A stretch of 64,000 bases of DNA from Isurus oxyrinchus. Its lineage: Eukaryota. Where the stretch lies: the NCBI GenBank assembly GCA_026770705.1, contig JANJGN010000075.1, forward strand, positions 1,426,001-1,490,000, in the 5' to 3' direction. The notes under the pieces were generated by a model, which was not told where the DNA came from, did not search any database, and saw only the letters and a list, made by a program, of their open reading frames with translations. Positions 39,141 to 52,062 of this stretch are shown here, piece by piece (position 1 is the first letter of the stretch; each line of letters opens with the position of its first letter). The translations under genes were made by a program, and so were the position numbers.

Positions 39141-41369
39141 GTAAGTATTGACATTTCTCTTTTAAATCCTGCCAATGAATAATCCATTCCCATTCTGTTA
39201 AATCAATCAGTCCGCTGTAATCGAATTGAATTTGGTTGCTGTAACCCTTCGTGTTGTATCATTGATAGCTGCAATGCAACATGTATAATAGCAGTTGTTA
39301 GTGCGATGACGCTATGATAAATGCCCTTTTTTACACTTTATCCCATTTCCTTTCTCTGCCGGAAATGACGAGGCAGAAATCCAGTATTGGAGGTGGTCAC
39401 AGACCAATGTTCTATTGAGTGTTAAAGTGACTTCGACATTTGTTTTCATTTCCCATTCCAAGTGCTCACGTTCCTTATAAGGACGAAGGAGGCCACGGTT
39501 TCATTTATGTCTGTTCAGCCTTTCAATGCCAGCGTAACTGATCTCTCTGTTCCCTCCTTTTATATACTTTGTTACATAACCGCTAACAACCTAATCTAAC
39601 AGACTATCCATTTACCTGGTCTGCAGTTATTCTGCAGTAGCAGGTTCAAGCTTTATCTCGCCTCAGCACTTTCTTGTCAGCATCGTCATTGGCAGGATTA
39701 GTTTCAATTTCAAGTTTACCTCTCATTGGTTTGCATTCGGAAACGAGTGGCATAGAATACCTCTAACTCGTCCAGGAAACAGTTCGTTTACCAGAAACAC
39801 CTCAATTTCATCCAATTATATTCTACACTCAGCATTGTACATGCAGCCTGTTGTCATAATTCACACCATGTAGCCCAGATACCATTTTCTAAAGCTGAAG
39901 AGGCCACATCTCACAAATATCTTCCCTGTCCACTGAACTAGCCCGTATCAGCATCTCTTACTCTTCAATGGATCAACCAGAGCAACTGTTGATTTCCATT
40001 TCGAACAACGGTTAACTCAGTTAAAAGAAATGTGTTACTCATGTAGTTGTCTGTGTTATTGTGTTTTCCGACTAGCTTTGACTAATACCTTGTTCAGGAA
40101 GGTCGCATCCCACATGCTGGTGGAATCCCCTCCCTGCCCCATCAGAGCAGTTTTGATCGCACTGCAGCACTAAATATGAGAGTAGAATACGCTCTACTGC
40201 ACCTCTGTCACTTTCCTCTCTGTCCAACACCGTTAGCCACCGTTACTTCTGTATAATCTGTAGTTGAGCACTCAAAGAGAGCCGCCTCTGACAGTCTCTT
40301 AGTGACAATTGCATTTATATAGCGGTTTTAATGCTGTAACACGCTGCAAGGTGCTTCACCGGAACTATTATGCAGGCAGCAGCTCGAATTTTCAGTTACT
40401 GGGGCGAGCTTCAATCATGCGCTTTGATCTAACGTCGCAGTCCAACTGATGACAGTTCTACGTCCGTTCTGAGGTCAAAATGTCCAAGAATATCCTACTC
40501 CAAACGTTGATGAAGTCACAGCGAAACCCCCAACCCGCCCCATTCTTTGGGATCCAGAGGTGACTTGACAGGGATCATGTGGAGAAGATGCTTCCTCTGA
40601 GGGAATAACCTAGAATGTATTGTCCAGGTTCAAAAGTAGTGGCCGCGCATTTTATGCAGAGATGAGCAGAATGGTTTTGTCTCTCAGAGGGTGGTGAGTC
40701 TTGGAACTCCATACCTCAAAAGGCGAATATTGAGTATTTGAACATTTTTTGAAGGCAGATCGATATTTATCCTTTATTAAAGAGGTGGTTAAACGTTCTC
40801 GGGAATCGGCAGAAAATTGTATTTGTGCTGACATCAAGTCAGTCATGATCTGACTGAATGGCGCAGCAGACTGGAAGGGCCGAGTGGCCTAATCCTGTCC
40901 CTAATTCGTTTACTTGTGTGTCGATATGTTCGAGTTTCTGCACCCTGAATTGAACAGTAATTGTTACAATTTGGCTCTCATTCCCCACCCTGAGACAGGG
41001 ACGACCACCCATCGTTTTGGATTATCTTTGTTCGACAGCCCGTACGGAATTTGGTATCACTCCATCCTGAAAAAGAAAGATCTGGTGTTTGCCCCCACTC
41101 CAAATACTTTAGCTTCATTAATCAGGCCGATATTCACCCCGGCGCCAGTAAGGCATTAGCGCTGCACTGTCGGCGATACACGCATTTACTTTAGGACTTG
41201 ATCTGCATCATCCAGAACGCCACCACTTGCCGCCCCCCAGCCCACTACCCCCCCTCCTAACCCCCCCACGCCCCCCCCGCCCCCCCCCCCCCCCCCCCGC
41301 CAATAATAATGCTTAGGGTGTGAATCACTTTTGCAGGTACATGTATACATGTTAGTTCTTGCTCTCCAT

Positions 41370-41830
41370 AAGCCAGGCCTACACTCCCAAGGTGCGACTG
41401 CTGAGGGAGCTCTGTTCTACCGGAGGTACGGGCTCATGCTCTTTGCTCTCCAGGACATGATCTCCATAATCCATTCAACACACCGGTGGCAGTCCTGAAA
41501 GAACACTGCACTATCAGAGGGGGTTTCCATCTGATGAGATATTATGAACATCACTCATTTCAGGTGAAGACTATATAAACCATGGACAGTATTTCTAAGA
41601 AAGTCATTGGGCAGCTCTTCAACGTGTCCTGAGGTCAATTGTTTGCCCATAATTACGTTATTAAGTTTTCCTTATATCAATACTGTTTCTGCAAGCTTAC
41701 TCAGCGAAATGTTGCTCCATTTCACCATTCGGAATATTTCACTATCAGTTCAGTGTTTGTAAAGCTGTCTGGGTCGTGCTGTGTTGCTAAGAAGGGCTTT
41801 GAAATACATTTTGATGTCTCCGTTACTTTG
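41370..41830 (+). mobile_element. DeuSINE / SacSINE1-like SINE remnant (duplicated at ~43558-44030)
   Basis: Contains ctgagggag...cactgcactatcagagg...tctgatgaga...tcaggtg, resembling the Deu domain, followed by an L2-like tail (aagggctttgaaatacattttga). Confidence 0.5.
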
Positions 41831-41987
41831 TAGCCAAAAACCGAACTCACCGTTTGTGGAATCTGTGCCCCGGATGTAAAACACTTCCCTTCCACACAGA
41901 TCAATGGACATTGAGCTAGTAAGGTTCAAGTGTACATGACATTACCTTGACCCACTTCTCATCATTCTTTCATTTATTCCACAACAG

Positions 41988-42281
41988 TTAAACTATCAAA
42001 ACCAGTGATAAGACTTGATCAATGGACTGGGGTTTATGTTTTCGGAGAGAGGGTCACCATTACCTGCACTGTGACGGCAGATGATCGGGATAAAATTTTC
42101 TACATTTACAGAGGGGACCAGAATCTGTCCCTCTCACAGTTCACCACAAAGTACAACATTCGAACAGCTCGTGTTACCGCTGAAACAGATGGAGAACAAT
42201 ACAGCTGCGCATATAACGTTTCTGTCAATGGTCGGTGGATAGATTCCCCGGTGAGCGAGCCTGTGATGGTGACTGTAACAG
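41988..42281 (+). CDS. Ig-domain exon D1a (C2/I-type, LRC/FcR-like)
   Basis: 294 bp, cag/gtcagt, phase 1-1, open. KLSKPVIRLD...GERVTITC...FYIYRG...YSCAY...SPVSEPVMVTVT, with two Cys 46 residues apart. Confidence 0.9.
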
Positions 42282-44185
42282 GTCAGTGACCGGGAACATA
42301 AATTGTTACATGAGAATAAATCACTGCTTGTATTTTTTTACACAACCATGTTGTAGACATTGCAACAAATGTAACGTGCAATGTACAGAGGAAGCAGTGG
42401 AACCGAATGACCTTCGATTTAATTTCTCAACCCGTGACAGCCTTTGTGAATGAATCGAAGCGGAATGAACCCGCTGTCCAATGTCAGTGATGGCAGGGAC
42501 TGAGTAGGGTATGAGCGAAGGCAGGAGTCGGGTGTGGGGGGTGGGGGGGGGGAGGGTTGGTGGGTGACGGGGCAGGCAGCAGCTCGAATTTTCAGTTACT
42601 GGGGCGAGCTTCAATCATGCGCTTTGATCTAACGTCGCAGTCCAACTGATGACAGTTCTACGTCCGTTCTGAGGTCAAAATGTCCAAGAATATCCTACTC
42701 CAAACGTTGATGAAGTCACAGCGAAACCCCCAACCCGCCCCATTCTTTGGGATCCAGAGGTGACTTGACAGGGAGCATGTGGAGAAGATGCTTCCTCTTA
42801 GGGAATAACCTAGAAAGTATTGTCCAGGTTCAAAAGTAGTGGCCGCACATTTTATGCAGAGATGAGCAGAATGGTTTTCTCTCTCAGAGGGTGGTGAGTC
42901 TTGGAACTCCATACCTCAAAAGGCGAATATTGAGTATTTGAACATGTTTTGAAGGCAGATCGATATTTATCCTTTATTAAAGAGGTGGTTAAACGTTCTC
43001 GGGAATCGGCAGAAAATTGTATTTGTGCTGACATCAAGTCAGTCATGATCTGACTGAATGGCGCAGCAGACTGGAAGGGCCGAGTGGCCTAATCCTGTCC
43101 CTAATTCGTTTACTTGTATGTCGATATGTTCGAGTTTCTGCACCCTGAATGGAACAGTAATTGTTACAATTTGGCTCTCATTCCCCACCCTGAGACTGGG
43201 ACGACCACCCATCGTTTTATCTTTGTTCGACAGCCCGTACGGAATTTGGTATCACTCCATCCTGAAAAAGAAAGATCTGGTGTTTTCCCCCACTCCAAAT
43301 ACTTTAGCTTCATTAATCAGGCCGATATTCACCCCGGCGCCAGTAAGGCATTAGCGCTGCACTGACGGCGATACACGCATTTACTTTAGGACTTGATCTG
43401 CATCATCCAGAACGCCACCACTTACCGCCCCCCAGCCCACTACCCCCCCCTCCTAACCCCCCCACGCACCCCCCCCCCCCCCACCCCCCCCCCCCCGCCA
43501 ATAATAATGCTTAGGGTGTGAATCACTTTTGCAGGTACATGTATACATGTTAGTTCTTGCTCTCCATAAGCCAGGCCTACACTCCCAAGGTGCGACTGCT
43601 GAGGGAGCTCTGTTCTACCGGAGGTACGGGCTCATGCTCTTTGCTCTCCAGGATATGATCTCCATAATCCATTCAACACACCAGTGGCAGTCCTGAAAGA
43701 ACACTGCACTATCAGAGGGGGTTTCCATCTGATGAGATGTTATGAACATCACTCATTTCAGGTGAAGACTAAATAAACCATGGACAGTATTTCTAAGAAA
43801 GTCATTGGGCAGTTCTTCAACGTGTCCTGAGGTCAATTGTTAGCCCATAATTACGTTATTAAGTTTTCCTTATATCAATACTGTTTCTGCAAGCTTACTC
43901 AGCGAAATGTTGCTCCATTTCACCATTCGGAATATTTCACTATCAGTTCAGTGTTTGTAAAGCTGTCTGGGTCGTGCTGTGTTGCTAAGAAGGGCTTTGA
44001 AATACATTTTGATGTCTCCGTTACTTTGTAGCCAAAAACCGAACTCACCGTTTGTGGAATCTGTGTCCCGGATGTAAAACACTTCCCTTCCACACAGATC
44101 AATGGACATTGAGCTAGTAACGTTCAAGTGTACATGACATTCCCTTGATCCACTTCTCATCATTCTTTCATTTATTCCACAACAG

Positions 44186-44479
44186 CTAAACTATCAAAAC
44201 CAGTGATAAGACTTGATCAATGGACTGGGGTTTATGTTTTCGGAGAGAGGGTCACCATTACCTGCACTGTGACGGCAGATGATCGGGATAAAATTTTCTA
44301 CATTTACAGAGGGGACCAGAATCTGTTCTTCTCACAGTTCACCACAAAGTACAACATTGGAACGGCTCATGTTACCGCTGGAACAGATGGAGAACAATAC
44401 AGCTGCGCATATAACGTTTCTGTCAATGGTCGGTGGATAGATTCCCCGGTGAGCGAGCCTGTGATGGTGACTGTAACAG
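44186..44479 (+). CDS. Ig-domain exon D1b (duplicate of D1a)
   Basis: 294 bp, cag/gtcagt, phase 1-1, open. Differs from D1a at 7 nucleotides. Confidence 0.9.
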
Positions 44480-45769
44480 GTCAGTGACCGGGAACATAAA
44501 CTGTTACATGAGAATAAATCACTGCTTGTATTTTTTTTTTACACAACCATGTTGTCGACATTGCAACAAATGTAACGTGCAATGTACAGAGGAAGCAGTG
44601 GAACCGAATGACCTTCGATTTAATTTCTCAACCCGTGACAGCCTTTGTGAATGAATCGAAGCGGAATGAACCCGCTGTGCAATGTCAGTGATGGCAGGGA
44701 CTGAGTAGGGTATGAGTGAAGGCAGGAGTCGGGGGGGGTGGTGGTGGTGGGGGGGGGGGGGGGGGGGGGGGGGGTGGGGCGGTGGGGGGGGTGGTGGTGG
44801 GTGACGGGGCAGGCAGCAGCTCGAATTTTCAGTTACTGGGGCGAGCTTCAATCATGCGCTTTGATCTAACGTCGCAGTCCAACTGATGACAGTTCTACGT
44901 CCGTTCTGAGGTCAAAATGTCCAAGAATATCCTACTCCAAACGTTGATGAAGTCACAGCGAAACCCCCAACCCGCCCCATTCTTTGGGATCCAGAGGTGA
45001 CTTGACAGGGAGCATGTGGAGAAGATGCTTCCTCTGAGGGAATAACCTAGAATGTATTGTCCAGGTTCAAAAGCAGTGGCCGCGCATTTTATGCAGAGAT
45101 GAGCAGAATGGTTTTCTCTCTCAGAGGGTGGTGAGTCTTGGAACTCTATACCTCAAAAGGCGAATATTGAGTATTTGAATATTTTTTGAAGGCAGATCGA
45201 TATAGATCCTTTATTAACGCGGGGATGGGAAAGTTGAAAGTTTCTCGGGAATCGGCAGGAAATTGTGTTTAAGGTGACATCAGGTCAGCCATGATCTGAC
45301 TGAATGGCGCAGCAGGCTGGAAGGAGCCGAGTGGCCTAATCCTGTCCCTATTTCGTATATTTGTATGTTGATATGTTCGAGTTTCTGCACCCAGAATTGA
45401 ACAGTTATTGCCACATTTTCGCTCTCATTCCCCACACTGAAACTGGGACGAACACCTGTCATTTTGGATTATCTGTATTCGACAGCCCGTACGGAATTTG
45501 GTATCACTCCCTCCTGAAAATGGAAGATCTGTTGTTTGCTCCCACTCCAAATACTTCAGCTTCATTAATCAGGCCGATATTCACCCCGGCGCCAGTAAGG
45601 AGTTAGCGCTGCACTGGCGGAGGCGCATGCATTTACTTTAGGACTTGATCTGCATCATCCAGGCCGACATCACACGCCTTCCGCCCCCCGCCGCCTCAAC
45701 CTATCCCCCATAATAATGCTGAGTGAGTGACGCACTCTTGGAGGTACATGTACATCTGTTAGAACTTGT

Positions 45770-46240
45770 TCTGCAAAAACCAGGCCGACAGTCCCCCGAT
45801 AGTAATACTGAGGGTGTGCCACACTGTCGGGGGTAGATGTATATACTCTAGGATTTGAGGTCCATTTTCCAGAACGACAATGCCTGACACTAGTACTGAG
45901 GTACTGCTGCACACTTGGAGACAGGTTTATTTAGTCCAGTACTTGAGCTCCATAATACAGACCGACACTCAGCCAGCGCCAGTGCTGAGGGGGTTCTGCA
46001 AAGCTATTTATACTCTAGGACTTGAGTTCGGGAATGCAGCCCGACAATCCTCAGGCAGGACAAAATGCTGCACTGTCGGAGGGAGATGTATATCCTCCAG
46101 GGCTTGAACTCCATAATCGAGGCGGACACTCCTCCTGGTGTCAATACTGAGGGAGTGCTGCAGTCTCGGAGGAAAATGTACATCTTTTACAGTCTACAGG
46201 CCTTCATCTCCATAATCTAGTCAACATGCCGGTGCCAGTT
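45770..46240 (+). repeat. ~90-bp tandem repeat derived from a DeuSINE segment
   Basis: Unit approximately ggacttgagctccataatccaggccgacactccc..gtgccagtactgagggagtgctgcactgtcggaggtagatgtatatactct. Further arrays at ~47020-47300, 50020-50440, 52660-52950, 54770-55075 and 56480-56580. Confidence 0.75.
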
Positions 46241-46241
46241 C

Positions 46242-46426
46242 TGCATTGTGACTGGAGGTGTTCGGGAGATAATCTTCTATTTTTATGAAGATGATGCACT
46301 GCAGTACTCTAGCCAAAGTGGCACAAATGACAATATTGGAACATTCCCGCTTAATGGTAGAATTTCCATCTGGGGTCGGCACCAAACTTCTCGAAGTAGC
46401 GAGTCCGTGGCCGTGAAAACCATTAC
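46242..46426 (+). pseudogene. Truncated Ig pseudo-exon (D2/D4-like)
   Basis: CIVTGGVREIIFYFYEDD...GTFPLNGR-ISIWGRHQTSRSSESVAVKTIT, then gtgagt. The 5' part and acceptor are replaced by satellite, and the second-Cys segment is deleted. Confidence 0.85.
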
Positions 46427-47569
46427 GTGAGTGACAGAGAATCGAATGGTTAATACTGTTCACCAGGCTTGGCATATTCACAAATTCAGATCCCTGCTTC
46501 AAAATCAAACGGTCAGTGATTGGGAAGAGGAGTTTCCAAGAAAGCCGTGACTCCATTGCTCAAGTTCTGACTTTCTCTCTGAGAGAAAGGCCCCGAATTC
46601 AACAGCTGGTCATCAACTACCACTGCAAGTGCTGAGACGGGAAGGGGAGGAAAGAAGGAGGAGGCTGTGAAGGGACAGTCAGCATTGAAGCAATGTGTCA
46701 CTGGGGGAGGAGGGGTTGCCCATTGCTGGGTGACGTCACGGTCTAACTCGGGATTGGGTAATGATCCTTCTGACATCATACTGGGTCCGAGTGCCCAACC
46801 CTCACCATTGAAGCGGTCACACAAGAGAGAAACCACAACGCAGAATCCAACTGCGGCGGGGAAAGATGTACCGTCCAAACCTTTCATCGTTTGGCTTTCA
46901 TACTCCACATTGATGCTGTAACTTGGCACCTTTGTTGTGGACTATATTCACTGATGTCCTTATCTAGACTTTAGCACGCTACACTAAGTAAGAAGGTTGA
47001 ATAATCAACTCCCATTCCAGACTGAGCTCAATAATCCAGGATGTCTCACTCACACAGAACGACAGTGCTGAGGGAGTGCTGCACTGCCTGAGGTCGATGT
47101 ACACACACTGTGATTTGAGTACCATATTGCAAACTGACACTTCCCCGCTGTAATCACTGAGGTAGCGCTGCTCTGTCGGAGGTAGGTGTATATACTCCAG
47201 GATTTGAACACAATAATCCAGGCCAACACTAACCACCCACACCCCTCGCCCTCCCAGTGCCAGAACCGAGGGTGTGCTGCATTGGCGGAGGTAGATGAGT
47301 GCACGAATGACCCTTAGCTTCAGCCCCGAAGTCCTCCGACACAGTGGGCGAAAGGGGGGGATTTGTAATTTCAGATGTGCTGTGTTTCAAATGAGAAAAT
47401 GTAAACAAAGTCTGGATTCCCGCCTCTCAGGTATCTGCATGGGGCCTCACTTGCCTTCACTTCACAGAGCATCAATCCGTAATTCTGTCCGCTTCATGTC
47501 ACCCAATATCAATCCATCAGAACACCTCACTCACAAGGTGCACATTATCCGGTCATTGTCTCATTATTG

Positions 47570-47768
47570 TTAATGTGTAAAGATAATCAACCTTTGTCCT
47601 CTTATCAAATCATCACAAAGAACAACACTGGAACATTCACTGTGCCCGTTACAAACCAAGGAGGGTGGGTGAGGTGGCGGTTGTGGGGGGGGGCGGTAAC
47701 ATTGTATATAAAGGGCCGCCGTCAATGGAGTTACCATCCCAGTAAATTTGCGAATGTCATTGTAGCAG
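47570..47768 (+). pseudogene. Half Ig pseudo-exon
   Basis: KDNQPLSSYQIITKNNTGTFTV...ANVIVAG, then gtgagt. Disrupted by a G-rich expansion; no 5' half. Confidence 0.7.
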
Positions 47769-49128
47769 GTGAGTGATTACGAACGCGAGTGCTAATATAT
47801 CTATTCAATCATTCCTGCGAATTAGAGAATAAATCCTTGTTTAACATCCTCTAACTCTCAGGGGGACATTGTGTTCATCTCTTGTCTACTCCTGATCCAC
47901 AACACTGACCCATTTCTGCCAGTGTTACCATTAATCACAATCAGAAAATGCAACAGCACGGACGGGGGCCACTCGGCCCATTTTGCCTGTGCAAACTCTT
48001 TGAAGAAGCTATCAATTTTTCATTTTGTTACGAGATGTGGCAATAAATGGCAAGGATAGAATTAAATTGCCTCTTACTCCTTGCCATTTAGAAGGCAAGT
48101 TATAATCACTCACAGTGATTATCCAAAATTTCTGCCAAATTATGCATTTAAAATCTTTTTCCAGCTCCATTGAAAGTTACTGTTAAATCTGTGTTCACCT
48201 TTTTCTGGTTACACTGACAAATGAACCACCGGAAAATCTGATACTAGTTACGATCGTTCATTGGAACATTTGCAAGGAGAGAACCACCTCAAAGCAGCTT
48301 GAGGGAGCACTCTGCAAAATTACAAGTGTGTAGCTTATTTATGTATCACTGATCACGTACAAGAACAGTGTTCAGAATCCAATCTTGTCAGCATATAGGT
48401 TTACATTACACAGGTATCTATGGATCCAGGCACACACAGTCCCCTTCACCCAGGCAGAGCCTTCACACCTTATCTAGGCTAGGACAATCTGTCCTACCCT
48501 TAACTATTGAAGAGCACATTTAACCGATGTTGTTTTCATTCTCCGTCTCCAGTCTGACTCCCAAGGCTTTTCTGGTGATTGCAGGCCCTAAGGGTGTGCG
48601 AGGTTCACCTGGGAACCTCTAAATTTTAATGCACTTGATATCACTGGCTGCCTGGAAATTTGAGGTAATTGCCTTTCAATAAATTCTTCCTGCATTTCCC
48701 TTACACTCAAGTATTTCCCATCCGTAATTGCCCTTTTCAAGGTGGTGATGAGCTGCGTCTTTGACAATTTGCCATCCACCTGGTTAATGGAGGCACACAT
48801 GCACACGAAACTCACGCATATGCACACAGGCATGTACAACACAGATACACACAGCAACAAGCACAGAATTAGATAGATCACAAACCACCCGATATTCCAT
48901 TTCAATTTTGAAAAAGAACGAGTTTTTTTGAAATGTGCTTTGAAATGTGTGACTTATTTGTTAAGTTTAATCAAAATCCCAACTCACCCTTTATCGAATC
49001 TCTTTTGGTGATGTCAACAGTCTCCTTCAATATGGATCAATTTCCTTTGTGCCACCAAAAAAATACGGTATATTACATTTGTACAACTCATTTATAATTG
49101 CCATGTTCATTGACCTTTTTAAAAACAG

Positions 49129-49416
49129 AGCCGCTAAGAAAACCACTGATATCGCTTGATGAATCGACATGTTTGTATGTAATTGGAGAGACGGTCACCA
49201 TGACCTGCACTGTGACAGGAGATGATCGGGATAAAACCTTCAATTTTTACAAAGATGATGCACGGAAGTACTCTAGGCGAATTGCCACCAATGCTGGAAC
49301 ATTCCGGGTTACTGGTAGAAGTAGCGAAGGGCGATACCAATGTGAATACGTAATTTCCATCAGAGGTCGGCATTTAACATCCCGAAAGAGCGAGGCAGTG
49401 GCTCTGACTACGACAG
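49129..49416 (+). CDS. Ig-domain exon D2
   Basis: 288 bp, cag/gtgagt, phase 1-1, open. EPLRKPLISLD...GETVTMTC...FNFYKD...GRYQCEY...SRKSEAVALTTT. Confidence 0.88.
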
Positions 49417-50721
49417 GTGAGTGACAGGGAACAGAGATTGTTAATACCTGTACTCACAAGGTTTGGTATATTCACAAATTCAGGTCCCTGCATCAAAATG
49501 AAACGCTCAGTGATCGGGGAGAGGAGATTATGGGAAAATCTTTGACTTCATTGCTCAAGTCCTGACGCGTTCCCTGAAAGAATAGATCCTGAATTCACCC
49601 ATTGGGCATTCAACGACCAGTGCTAGTGTTGAGATGGGAATGGTAGGAAAGCGAGAGTAGGTTGTAAGGGGACAGTCAGCAGCTGAAGGATTCAGCCACT
49701 GGAGGTGGGTGTATCTAATGTTGGGTGACGTCACTGTCAAGCTCTGGATTGGGCGATGCTCTTTCTGACATCATACTGGGATCGAGTTTCCAGCCCCGGC
49801 CATTGAGGCGGTCACAAAATACATAAAACACATCCCAAAACCAGCACGTGGTAAGGCATGATGTAGCGTCCGATCCTTTCAACTTTCACTTTTATTGTCT
49901 ACTATTATGCTGGCAATACTTGCATTTGTCTTGGACTACCGTCATTCCTGTACTCATCAAGAATATAGCACGCTACTCTAAAGTCATAAAGTTATCTGAT
50001 CAAGCGCCATTTCAGACTGGAGATCTATCACCCAGGTCGACATTCTCCCAGGTGCTAGTACAAAACATGGGCTGCACTGTCGGAGGTAGATGTGCAATAC
50101 CTTGCACCTGAGCTCCGTAATCCTACACTATAATACCCCACTCCCAATATTGAGGGAGTGTTCCACTGTCGGAGGTAAATGTATTCATTCCTGGACTTCA
50201 GCTCCATAATTCACGCTGGCACTCCTCTGGTGCCAGTACTGAAGGCTTGCTCCTCTCTTATAGATAGATGTACATACTCTAGGGCTTGAGCTCCCACAAT
50301 CCAGGCTGAACATGCCCTCGGTGCTGGAACAGAGGGTGCGTTCCACTGTCGGAGATGGATGCATTTACTCCATGAATGAAGGTCCCTAATCCAGGCCGAC
50401 ATTCCCCAGTGCCAAGACTGAGTGAGTGCTGAACTGTAGGTGCTATATGAATGCCCTATTGGACGTTAACGCCAGGATCCAAGTTCCCTGACAGAGTGAG
50501 GGTAATGTGCGAGAGTTGTAATTTCAAAAATACTGTGTTATAGATGAGCAAGTAATGAACGTCTGGAGGCTCGGCTCTCAGTTGTCTGTACGTGGTCCCA
50601 CTTGCCTTTACCTCACAGAACATTAATCGTAAGTCCTGCCCTTTCTCCTGTGTCCAAATATGAATCCATCAGAACACATCACTCACAATCTGCACATTAT
50701 CCGACCATTGTCTCATTACCG

Positions 50722-50907
50722 TTCTTGTGCAAAGATAATCAACATTTCTTCTCTTATCAAATCGTCACAAAGGACAATTGTGGAACATTCAAACATACAA
50801 ACCAATGAGTGGGAGGGGGCGGGGGTAACATTGTAAATATAGACCCTCCGTCAAGGGAAGGGAGTTAGAATCCCAGCTTAGTGAATCTGTGAATGTCACG
50901 ATAGCAG
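50722..50907 (+). pseudogene. Half Ig pseudo-exon (paralog of 47570-47768)
   Basis: KDNQHFFSYQIVTKDNCGTF, then a stop, then SQLSESVNVTIAG ending at the weak donor gtgatt. Confidence 0.7.
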
Positions 50908-51768
50908 GTGATTGAGGGGAAACAGCAGATGTGCCCATTCAAACACACCTGCTCATTATAGGAATAATCCTAGCTGCACATTGCCGAACAATCAAGGGGG
51001 CTTTGTGTTCATCTCATGTCTAATACTGATCAAAACTCTGATCTGCTGTTGTCAGTGCCACCATTACTCACAGAATCAGAAAATGCAAAAGCACAGACGG
51101 AGACAACTTGCCAATGCAAGTTCTTTGAAGGAGCTATTAACATTTCATTTATTTACGAGTTGTGGCAATAAATGGCAAGAAATTATTTGCCGCTTCTTTG
51201 TTGCGCATTAGAAGGCAAGTTATATTCACTCCCAAGCATTTATCCAAAATTATCAGCTAAATTATCCCTTAGCAATGTTTATACAGATTTGTTTGCAAGT
51301 TGCTGTTTAATCTGCTACCACGTCAAAAAATTGCCATCCATGATTTCCCTTTGGAAGGTCCTGATGAGCCGCTTTTTTTGACCGGCTGCAGTCAACCTGT
51401 TTCATGGAGGCACACACGCGCACGAAACGCAAGCCCACGCGCCCACAAACATGCACGCACACGCACGCAAACACAGGAACGCACAAAGACAGACAAACAC
51501 TGCAACACGCACAGAATTAACTCTCTCACAACTCGCCTGATACACTGTTGCAATTTTGAAAAAGAGTTTTCCAAATGCGCTTTTAAATATATTATTTATT
51601 TTTTAAGTTCAGTCAACACCCCGACTCACCCTTCATCGAATCTCATTCGCTGAAGTTAACGGACTCCTTCGGTACGGCTCAATTGTCTTTGTGGTACCAA
51701 CCATTACAGAACATTACATTCGGGCGACTCAGTTACAATTGACTTGTCCATTTTTTTTAAAATCACAG

Positions 51769-52062
51769 AGCCGTTAAGAAAACCAGTTATAACACTTGAT
51801 CAATGGACAGGAGTGTATGTAATAGGGGAGACGGGGACCATGACCTGCACTGCGACTGGGGATGATCGGGAGAAAATCTTATCTTTTTAGAAAGATGACG
51901 AACGACAGTATTCCTGGCAAATTGACACAAATGACAATACTGGAACATTCCCGGTTAGAGGTAGAATTAGCGAAGGGCTATTCCAATGTCAATACAGAGT
52001 TTCCGTCAGAGATCGGCATCTAACATCTCCAAAGAGCGAGGCTGTGGCCGTGACTATCACAG
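51769..52062 (+). pseudogene. Full-length Ig exon D3 with an in-frame stop
   Basis: 294 bp, intact cag/gtgagt, phase 1-1. TAG at 51888-51890 sits at the position that is Tyr in paralogs (FYKD); otherwise colinear with D2 and D4. Confidence 0.88.

Larger units (their letters stand above)
40372..45800. repeat. Recent ~2.2-kb tandem duplication, two full copies carrying an Ig exon plus a partial third
   Basis: Units start gcaggcagcagctcgaa at 40372, 42572 and 44809. Copies 1 and 2 are ~98% identical by eye. The third diverges and lacks the exon. Confidence 0.92.
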
